Part shown: piece by piece, positions 1-6,887 of the stretch
Layout: each line of letters begins with the position of its first letter
Numbering within the stretch: the first letter of the stretch is position 1
Position numbers and translations under genes: made by a program
The notes under the pieces: generated by a model
The model's input: only the letters and a program-made list of their open reading frames with translations
The model's database searches: none
Told to the model about the DNA's origin: nothing
From: a virus
Lineage: Duplodnaviria > Caudoviricetes
Direction: 5' to 3' (one strand)
DNA: 49,368 bases
IMG/VR virus record: IMGVR_UViG_3300020045_009349
Coordinates: 1 to 49,368 of that record

Positions 1-86
1 TAACATAACCCACAAGTGGTAAATAAATAATTTGGAGCAAATTTCAACCTGTATTTACAAGTGTATTGTACCGTGATTACTATCAT
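1..86 (-). CDS. Small phage protein, N-terminal part (MIVITVQYTCKYRLKFAPNYLFTTCGLC...), runs off the window edge
   Basis: ATG at 86 with an open frame to position 1. Not in the ORF track because it is truncated. Confidence 0.5.
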   Translation of the reverse strand, partial: MIVITVQYTCKYRLKFAPNYLFTTCGLC

Positions 87-100
87 TTGACTTGTGGTTT

Positions 101-131
101 TATGCTGTTAGCAAGTAGTTATGAGTAATGC
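101..131 (+). other. Array-proximal recombination core (attI-like): GTTAGCAAGTA-GTTATGAGTAATGC
   Basis: 118-131 is the 13/14 reverse complement of 438-451. Two GTTA boxes lie 11 bp apart. Confidence 0.5.
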
Positions 132-514
132 TAATTATCTCGTTCAAAAGTCGATTTTCCTTTTAAATTCGTTCCAAAAATTTCATTTAACGGGTCAATA
201 ACATCTTGTGAAACTCCCATTAATTTTAGTCTTAAATTAGAAATTTCAGTAGTCATTTCTCTTTCTCTTTTTGAAGCATTTCTAACAACTTCATTTAACC
301 CTTCATATCTAAATTCTGCGTGTTCGTAATTTTGTTTAAGTAGTGTGATACTTTTTAAAATAGTCCATTTATGAAAGAATTTAGGAACTCGTTTATAATA
401 CCACCAAAATAAAATGTGATTTGCTTTTAACAACACCGCACTACTCATAACAGCGGTTATAAGCAATTGCCATTTTTGTCTTAAATTTAAAGACCGTTTT
501 GTACTTGTTTTCAT
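131..514 (-). CDS. Cassette 1 hypothetical protein (C-terminal coiled coil)
   Basis: 127-aa ORF. Its start lies inside hairpin 448-575 and its stop abuts core 118-131. Confidence 0.7.
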   Translation of the reverse strand: MKTSTKRSLNLRQKWQLLITAVMSSAVLLKANHILFWWYYKRVPKFFHKWTILKSITLLKQNYEHAEFRYEGLNEVVRNASKREREMTTEISNLRLKLMGVSQDVIDPLNEIFGTNLKGKSTFERDN

Positions 515-586
515 TGTTTATTAATTTGAAGTTTAGGCAGTTTTATTGGCAACTGCTTATAGCCGCAGGACGTTACCTGCAAGTGC
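438..586 (+). repeat. attC-like hairpin site B
   Basis: TAAC(448-451)-AG-CGGTTATAAGCAATTGCCA(454-472)...TGGCAACTGCTTATAGCCG(547-565)-CAGGAC-GTTA(572-575). Confidence 0.8.
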
Positions 587-872
587 TACCTTAGTTCCCA
601 TTTGATAATTTTCGTTTCAGATTTGCAATACAGAGGATGCTTTGGCGAACCATTTTTATTGATGAACAAAGCCATTGCGTTTGGGAACATTTGCGATAAT
701 TCCTTGTCCCTTCTACATTGTTTCACTACTTCAAAATTTCCCCAGGCAAAAACAATGTCCTTGCAAATCGCTCCTATTTCTTTTAACTTCTGTTGGTTTA
801 TCGCAAATTGATGATGTTCATAGGGCACTCCCGATGTATAAAATTCCTTGCACACTTTTGGGTCTGTGCTTT
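586..872 (-). pseudogene. Cassette 2: 5'-deleted DUF1643-family protein
   Basis: In-frame STDPK...IVFAWG...PKHPLY motifs typical of DUF1643. No N-terminal half; the frame is fused directly to the half-site at 873-901. Confidence 0.7.
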
Positions 873-910
873 TGGCAACATCTTATACTAGCGAAACGTT
901 ACCAGTAATG
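873..910 (+). repeat. attC-like half-site C (right arm and core only)
   Basis: TGGCAACATCTTATACTAG-CGAAAC-GTTACCAGTAATG has the same consensus and spacing as the right arms of sites A and B. The partner arm is absent. Confidence 0.75.
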
Positions 911-1324
911 TTACTCAACATTGTCGATATGAAGAAGTTCCCATACATCATCCATACTTGCTTCAATTTCTAAACCAAATTCTTCGGCATCAAAATATCT
1001 AACATAACATTCTCCTTGTTCGTGGTCTATTACGCATTCGGCATCTTCTCCGTTTAATTTAAACGTTCCACATCCTTTGCATTTATCACAAATACTTTCT
1101 TCGGGATATTCTTCTTCTTTCAATGCTCTTGATTGCCATCCTTTAGAATATTGCTCTGATATATAATTAAGAAGTTTTTTTGTTTTCGCTACAAATTCAT
1201 CTTTAGTCATATTTATAGGCTCTTGAATTTCTTCTTTCAAATCAAATAAATCGTCAAAAGAAAAAACACTACTGGTAACATCGTGTATAAGAGATTGCTT
1301 GTTTGGGTCTGTGTTTTCAGGCAT
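911..1324 (-). CDS. Cassette 3 acidic, Cys-rich (CxxCxxC) hypothetical protein
   Basis: 137-aa ORF with CDKCKGC and CVIDHEQGEC. Its start lies inside hairpin 1276-1402. Confidence 0.75.
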   Translation of the reverse strand: MPENTDPNKQSLIHDVTSSVFSFDDLFDLKEEIQEPINMTKDEFVAKTKKLLNYISEQYSKGWQSRALKEEEYPEESICDKCKGCGTFKLNGEDAECVIDHEQGECYVRYFDAEEFGLEIEASMDDVWELLHIDNVE

Positions 1325-1405
1325 CGGGTTTAATTTAAAGATTAGTAATTTTTGGAGGTATTTGGTTCAATCGGCGCAACCTCCCATACACGCCGTCCGT
1401 TATGC
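1267..1405 (+). repeat. attC-like hairpin site A
   Basis: TAAC(1276-1279)-AT-CGTGTATAAGAGATTGC(1282-1298)...GCAACCTCCCATACACG(1376-1392)-CCGTCC-GTTA(1399-1402). The GTTA overlaps the dnaN stop. Confidence 0.8.
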
Positions 1406-2518
1406 TGTAATCAAAACCGGCATTACCAACATCAAAACGCTTTCGAAGTCGTCTTTTTCTGCTAATGGCGTGATCACTCCGGCTCGGTTGGGTTGCGACA
1501 TTTTAATTTTGATTTTTTCTGAAGTCAGGTTGGACAGCATTTCGGCCAGAAAACGAGCATTGAAACCAATTTTCAAATCATCACCATCGCCTTTGCACGT
1601 GAGGTTTTCGACTGCTTTATTGTTGTAATCCTTGTCTTCTGACAAAATGGTTAGCGAATTTCCTTTTTTGTCGAAGATCAATTGGTGCGTGGTTTTGTTC
1701 GCAAAAATCGAAATTCTTTTGATTGATTTTAATAATTCGGCTCTATTGATTTCTAGCGAATTTGGGTTTTCTTTTGGGATAACACCTTCATAGTTGGGGT
1801 ATTTTGCATCTATCAAACGGCAGATCATTTTGGTGCCTTCCATTTCAAATGAAATGTTGGTGCTGTTGTAGCCTATTTTCACTTCTTCGTCTTTTCCCAT
1901 CAATGCGGTGGTCAAAACTTGAATTGGTTTTTTTGGGATGATCAATTGTTTAGCTTCATCGGACTTGATGTCGGTCCTGGTGTATTTTACCAATTTGTTG
2001 GCATCGGTGGCCACGAATACCAATTCATCAGTTTTGAAGTCAAGGCAAACACCGGTTAACATTGCTCTTAGTTCATCGGTTCCGGTGGCAAATAATGTGC
2101 TCGAAAGTGCTTTGTTGAGAATGTGGGCTTCGAGCGTGATTTCTTTGTCCTGTTTTATCTCGGGTGTTTCAGGATATGATTTTGCATCATCAACGGCCAT
2201 TTCGTAGTTTCCGGATAAGCTTTTTATTTCCAGTTCTTTTTCGGAGAAATTCAGGACCAATGATGGTTCGGACAATGATTTTACTATTTCCATAAGCAAA
2301 TCGGCTGCCACGGCAAAGCTTCCGTTTGCTTCGCTGCAAGTGGCTGCGGTTTCTATTTGCAATGTGGTTTCCAGATCGCTGGCAACGATGGTTAATTGGT
2401 GATCCTTGATTTTGAAAAGAAAACATCCCAATACCGGAATGGTGCTTTGTGTTGAAATTACTTTTTTCAAAACATTTAAATTTTTTGCCAATAACTGGCT
2501 CTCGACTGTGATTTTCAT
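1400..2518 (-). CDS. dnaN: DNA polymerase III beta sliding clamp
   Basis: 372 aa; TIPVLGCFLF, ASDLE, RAMLTGV, VATDA, YPNYEGVIP, IGFNARFL and MLVMPV motifs. Confidence 0.97.
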   Translation of the reverse strand: MKITVESQLLAKNLNVLKKVISTQSTIPVLGCFLFKIKDHQLTIVASDLETTLQIETAATCSEANGSFAVAADLLMEIVKSLSEPSLVLNFSEKELEIKSLSGNYEMAVDDAKSYPETPEIKQDKEITLEAHILNKALSSTLFATGTDELRAMLTGVCLDFKTDELVFVATDANKLVKYTRTDIKSDEAKQLIIPKKPIQVLTTALMGKDEEVKIGYNSTNISFEMEGTKMICRLIDAKYPNYEGVIPKENPNSLEINRAELLKSIKRISIFANKTTHQLIFDKKGNSLTILSEDKDYNNKAVENLTCKGDGDDLKIGFNARFLAEMLSNLTSEKIKIKMSQPNRAGVITPLAEKDDFESVLMLVMPVLITA

Positions 2519-2537
2519 AAATTTGATTTTTAATGGT

Positions 2538-3866
2538 TTAGGCTGCTGCTTTTTCTTTGCCTCTCGGCCTTGTTTTGATTACTATTTTTCTAATTTTTTC
2601 GATGTTGCGTTGGACTAATTCAATAATCTTTTCGTGGTGTTCTGTTGATTTATTGCTTAGTCCACGTGATTGTTCAATTTTAATTTCTGGAATTTTTATC
2701 TCTATGGTTTCGGCTCGCTTGCCGTCAACTTTTGCCGATAGTATCAATGATTGTTCCTTGAGATAATATTCGTTGGTATAAACGCAATGGTTGAGTTCGT
2801 CGCCTTCTTCCTTAAATTCGTCAATGCTTTTGAGGATTGCTATTGAAATATTGCCTTTGGTAAATTCTAAATCAAAGAATTTTTGGTTTCGTTCGACGTA
2901 TTCAACAATGGCTTTTTCCAGTTTTTGTTGGCGTTTGATAACTCTCAGCTTTTCGTTTTCTATTTCTTGAAGCCTTTGGATTTCCCTTTTTTTCTTCATC
3001 AACTTGTCGTGTTCTGCTTTCAGGTTCTTTGGACAGACATATTTTGAGTTGCGCAAATCTTTTTTGAAGTATTGAAGCAAGTCCAGGTAATCAAACCACA
3101 TTCCAGCATCCTTGATTTTGTATTTGTTCCTAAAACAGATTTTAATGGAATTCCAATATCTGTTTACGTTGTAGCTGCTGGACAAACAATGACTCAATAA
3201 CGAATATTCTTTTTCTTTTAGAATGGTTTCTGCTTTTGGAGAATTTGGCAATAGCTTTATGGCTTCCAGAAATGTTATTCCGGATAGGTTGGAATTAATA
3301 CCGTATTTTGAATACTCTGGTTTTATTTCGGAATCAGGATGGTATTTTCTGGCATAAACATCATATTTGCTTCTATTCCAGCCTCTGCCTTCCTCTCTAA
3401 TTTCCATTGAACCGGACCAAGAGTCCATACACCAATTGGAATTGTGACTTAATCCATACATCGTTGTTTTGCCGTTTGGCAAGATCCAGTATTGCAGGAT
3501 TTCTTGTAAATAATGCTCAACGGGTTTTCCTTTTTTGTAAGTGGCTATCAATTCAAAGTTTCTGACGATTTGAAATTCTAAATAAACATCGGTGATGGCA
3601 AAATAATTGGTTTGATTGTTGGTTCTTGCCTTTGTTTGCTCGATGGTTAATTTTGAATTGCAATGTGGACAAACAGCCTTTTTTCTTTTTATCAGTTCCA
3701 GTGAGAAGGTTTCGCCACAATCCAGACAAAAAGCGCTGGACTTGTTGGCATATCCTTTGTGCTCTAAACATTCTTTGTAAGCCCATTGTTTTTGGCGCTC
3801 AAATATTTTTGGAAGGTGGCTGCTTAATTCGGCCACCTGAACGTGTAGTTTGGTTCTTGGTTTCAT
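2538..3866 (-). CDS. PcfJ-like protein
   Basis: N-terminal CxxC...CPHC zinc ribbon; C-terminal DYLDLL, PKNLKAEHD, EGDELNHCV and QSRGLSN motifs; follows a pcfK-like gene. Confidence 0.85.
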   Translation of the reverse strand: MKPRTKLHVQVAELSSHLPKIFERQKQWAYKECLEHKGYANKSSAFCLDCGETFSLELIKRKKAVCPHCNSKLTIEQTKARTNNQTNYFAITDVYLEFQIVRNFELIATYKKGKPVEHYLQEILQYWILPNGKTTMYGLSHNSNWCMDSWSGSMEIREEGRGWNRSKYDVYARKYHPDSEIKPEYSKYGINSNLSGITFLEAIKLLPNSPKAETILKEKEYSLLSHCLSSSYNVNRYWNSIKICFRNKYKIKDAGMWFDYLDLLQYFKKDLRNSKYVCPKNLKAEHDKLMKKKREIQRLQEIENEKLRVIKRQQKLEKAIVEYVERNQKFFDLEFTKGNISIAILKSIDEFKEEGDELNHCVYTNEYYLKEQSLILSAKVDGKRAETIEIKIPEIKIEQSRGLSNKSTEHHEKIIELVQRNIEKIRKIVIKTRPRGKEKAAA

Positions 3867-3868
3867 AA

Positions 3869-4396
3869 TCAGGAAAATAAATCTACTTGTTCCACTTCTT
3901 TAGTCTCTTTGGAAACATCCTTCAATTGCTTTTTAGTAGCTTTTTGAACCATTTTCTCTCTTTGCTCCGATACCATTTCATCGATTGCCAATTTTTTAGC
4001 TTCCTGAATGTCTTCTTTGGATAGTTCGATGTTTTCCGAAAGGGTTTTCTTTGCTTCTGTTTTTGCTTCAGAAATAGCCTGTTCCATTGCTTTTTCTTTG
4101 GCCAATGCTTTGTCGTCTTCGGTAAGTTCGACCACGTGATTTACGACTACTCTTGAATTGATGGGCTTTCCGGCTTCCAAATCATCTTCGTCGTAGAAGT
4201 GAACTGCCATTGCATATATTTCTTCGTCTGCAAAGCCGTTGCAACCGCTTTTTTGCACTTGGTTCAGAATGTAAGTGCAGCAGTCTTCAATGTTTTTGTT
4301 TTCCTTTTTGAGCGTTTCTGCAAATAATGGATCGTTGTCGGCCAGTTTTTGCAAATGGTCCTGAATTGTTTTTTTGAATGGGTCTGATGTTTTCAT
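3869..4396 (-). CDS. PcfK-like / AcrIIA9-family protein
   Basis: FKKTIQDHL...LFA...KENKNIEDCCTYILNQVQKSGCNGFADEEIYAMAVHFYDE...VVVNHVVELTE matches the PcfK family, which includes AcrIIA9. Confidence 0.85.
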   Translation of the reverse strand: MKTSDPFKKTIQDHLQKLADNDPLFAETLKKENKNIEDCCTYILNQVQKSGCNGFADEEIYAMAVHFYDEDDLEAGKPINSRVVVNHVVELTEDDKALAKEKAMEQAISEAKTEAKKTLSENIELSKEDIQEAKKLAIDEMVSEQREKMVQKATKKQLKDVSKETKEVEQVDLFS

Positions 4397-4448
4397 AAAA
4401 TTTTTGTTTTTTGTCCTCGACGACAGTTAATAATTTGATTAAAAATGC

Positions 4449-4542
4449 AAAAAGGCTGTAAAATTCACCAAGTCTCACTTTGGTTTCAATTACAGCCTAA
4501 TTAAATAGGTTTTTAAGTTTCGTATAGTGTGAGACTGAAACT
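4449..4542 (-). promoter_or_regulatory. Leader RNA: small hairpin plus terminator-like hairpin with complementary loops
   Basis: Stem AGTTTC/GAAACT (4516-4542) has a loop containing GTCTCAC. Stem AGGCTGTAA/TTACAGCCT plus T-run (4449-4498) has an apical GTGAGAC. Confidence 0.55.
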
Positions 4543-4706
4543 GTATTTCTGCGAGTCTTTCCTCGCTGTCAGAATGCTTTCTCCGTTTAGTAAATATTCC
4601 CGTCGGTCTTGTCCTTTCTCTATTCTTTCCAAGATGTCATCAGTTTGAATAGTCTGCCTATTTCACGTAAGATAATCGCATTCGTCGTTTCTCTATTGGT
4701 GGGTTG

Positions 4707-4780
4707 TTGCGACAGCAGGACTCGAACCTGCGAACTTCTGGTTATGAGCCAGACGAGATAGCCAACTTCTCCACATCGCG
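4707..4780 (-). tRNA. tRNA-Met(CAT), initiator-like
   Basis: Cloverleaf: C1xA72 mismatch, A11-U24, anticodon arm TCTGG-CTCATAA-CCAGA, T arm GCAGG-TTCGAGT-CCTGC; no encoded CCA. Confidence 0.9.
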
Positions 4781-4791
4781 TTATTTAATTA

Positions 4792-4847
4792 CAAATATAA
4801 AAATAAATGTAACATAATTAGCTACAATTGTAATAAATTATATTCTT
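4792..4847 (-). promoter_or_regulatory. Bacteroidota primary-sigma promoter with tandem TGTAAC-N7-GYTACA operators
   Basis: TATATTTG -7 box (4792-4799); boxes at 4808-4826 and 4829-4847; near-copy of 9552-9607. Confidence 0.7.
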
Positions 4848-5572
4848 ATTTTTGAATAATTAAACTCACAAAATTCTGGGTCGTAAATCCCTAACTTCAA
4901 ATTGACTTCGTTTCTTAGTTCAATCCGTTCGTAAGGCGTTTTTTGTTCCTCGTTTCGTTTGAGCTCTGAACGGATGAATGTTGCTTTCAATGCCAATTCA
5001 ATCATATCTCCTTTGGTCAAGTGCAGCGCTTTGTGTCGTTGAATGAATTCTACATATTCAAAATAATCGTTTCCGTATCTTTCAATCAATCCCAAACGGT
5101 ATTTTATGGGATCACCGCTTTTATGGTGGTTGCTGGCGAAAGATTGAATATGAATGTTGTGCAGGTTCAAAGCCGTGGTTCTGTTGGCTCCAACGCTTAC
5201 ATAATGACCTCCGTTCATCTTGCCAAAATCTCCGGTTGCAATGCAAGATTGGCCGTAATCAATTATCCTTGCTATTTCGTTGAAAATGGGTTGAAGGTAT
5301 TTAGCGCGATATTTGTCGGCACTCATTAATTCAATTTTGGTTTCGGAATCTTTTTTATTTTGCTCAATTCGGTTTTCCTTTTGGACTTTTGCCTTGGCAT
5401 AAATCATTGATTTTTCCATCTTGATTTTGCCATTCTCGGAGTTCAAAAGCCAGTTGGAATAACAGCCACACATTTTACCAAGGCCATACACCCGATGCTT
5501 TGTTTTGTGGCCACAACCAAAACCTTTTGCCAATCCTGTTCCAACACACGGTTTTTCTTTTAGCTCTATCAT
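4838..5572 (-). CDS. ninG: NinG-like (Rap) recombination endonuclease
   Basis: RIIDYGQSCIATG...GGHYVSVG...LHNIHIQSFASN...YRLGLIERYG. Confidence 0.8.
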   Translation of the reverse strand: MIELKEKPCVGTGLAKGFGCGHKTKHRVYGLGKMCGCYSNWLLNSENGKIKMEKSMIYAKAKVQKENRIEQNKKDSETKIELMSADKYRAKYLQPIFNEIARIIDYGQSCIATGDFGKMNGGHYVSVGANRTTALNLHNIHIQSFASNHHKSGDPIKYRLGLIERYGNDYFEYVEFIQRHKALHLTKGDMIELALKATFIRSELKRNEEQKTPYERIELRNEVNLKLGIYDPEFCEFNYSKIRI

Positions 5573-5922
5573 CGAAGTACTTTTTTGCAGATTCCTTCAA
5601 TGCTTTTTTGGTCTTTATTGTAGGCATTTATGATAGTTACAATGTTAGCCATTTTCCAGATCGGAACCGATGATATAGTTTTGTAAAACTCATCTACCAC
5701 ATCATAGATAGCTGAAGTAGCTTCCTCTTCTTTGTTGATTGCTTTTTCGAAGTGTTTTGACTCTACTTCACTAAGTTTTAAAATAAAATTATTCACGAAG
5801 TTTTTGAAAGCTCCTGTAACAAATGTTTTTGTTTTGCTTTCTGCCTTAAAATCAGAAAGGTAATTCAGCAGCACTTGTGCGAGAATTTTAATATGTATTA
5901 ATTTTGCGTCTTGTGGTATCAT
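5569..5922 (-). CDS. Hypothetical protein
   Basis: 117-aa ORF, translationally coupled in the operon. Confidence 0.7.
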   Translation of the reverse strand: MIPQDAKLIHIKILAQVLLNYLSDFKAESKTKTFVTGAFKNFVNNFILKLSEVESKHFEKAINKEEEATSAIYDVVDEFYKTISSVPIWKMANIVTIINAYNKDQKSIEGICKKVLR

Positions 5923-5931
5923 AATTCAGTT

Positions 5932-6144
5932 TTAGATTGTTTTCTTAAAAAATTGGGGATATTCTTCTCTTAAAAATTCCACTTCAAAAGGATAAAGTTT
6001 GTGGCTTGATTTGATCGTGTAATCATCATTGACCGTTATCGTTACTTCTTCGGCATTGTTCCTGAAAATGAAATAGGTATTTACAAGGCTCTTGGCTTTT
6101 ACAAATACCACATTGTCGCTGGGGGTGAGTTGCACGATTTTCAT
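5932..6144 (-). CDS. Hypothetical protein
   Basis: 70-aa ORF fitting the operon spacing. Confidence 0.65.
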   Translation of the reverse strand: MKIVQLTPSDNVVFVKAKSLVNTYFIFRNNAEEVTITVNDDYTIKSSHKLYPFEVEFLREEYPQFFKKTI

Positions 6145-6146
6145 AA

Positions 6147-6887
6147 TCAGAATTTAAAATTACCCTTGACCACCAACCTTTTTTGTCTTAAATAATCCAA
6201 ATAAGGTTGAAGCTCCGGTTTTCGTTCCCAATCCTTAATGGTATCTTCCAACATTTGACGATCCATATTTTGAATCATTTCGTCAATTTCTTGGTGCATT
6301 TTTTCAGTCTGTTCCTTTTTTGCTTTTTCGGCTTTTCGTTTTTCGTAGAATTGATGGACTGCATTGCTTCGAATGTCGTTTTCGGCTTGAGTGCTGCTGG
6401 TTTCTTTCTTTTTTATACGCTCAAATTCTATGTATTTTTTTTCGAGATATTCCGGCATCCACTTTGCCAGCACGTTTTGGCCGTCAAGTTTGTAATCTTT
6501 TCCATCCCCAATAATTCCCTGTCTAACTTGTTTGAGCATCAATACCACATCTTCAATAGTTTCATACGGATACTTTTCGACAATATCCGATGCTAATAAA
6601 GCTGATTGGGATTGAGTTAATGATTTTCCAACATTGAAATTGGCGTTAAACCGGTTGAGCAAATAACAAATAGCTGTTATTGTGCCAATTTCGCCAACTG
6701 TTTTTTCTAGTTTTTTCAATTTGGTTCCGTCGATGGCGTGAGATAAACTCAGGTTTTTTTCAAAGACAATCAACCCAACTTCATTGTTGGACGCCAAACA
6801 TTGCATTAACTGCATTGACTGCTGATTGCTTATGGTTAGCATCTGCTCTTTGTGAATTGAGACTTCGTACATTTTCTCTGTTTCCAT
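6147..6887 (-). CDS. Replication-associated hypothetical protein (possible helicase-loader-like)
   Basis: 246-aa ORF directly after the initiator gene; start uncertain because it overlaps 6781-6887. Confidence 0.6.
   Translation of the reverse strand: METEKMYEVSIHKEQMLTISNQQSMQLMQCLASNNEVGLIVFEKNLSLSHAIDGTKLKKLEKTVGEIGTITAICYLLNRFNANFNVGKSLTQSQSALLASDIVEKYPYETIEDVVLMLKQVRQGIIGDGKDYKLDGQNVLAKWMPEYLEKKYIEFERIKKKETSSTQAENDIRSNAVHQFYEKRKAEKAKKEQTEKMHQEIDEMIQNMDRQMLEDTIKDWERKPELQPYLDYLRQKRLVVKGNFKF

Noticed and set aside
438-1402. Cassette-site repeats as CRISPR repeats or simple terminators
   Set aside because: The units are ~128 bp, divergent, separated by whole genes, and lack U-tracts.
4600-4650. 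CTGATGA...GAAA on the minus strand, suggesting a hammerhead ribozyme after tRNA-Met
   Set aside because: Stem II does not close next to GAAA, and no stem I or III with an NUH site can be formed.
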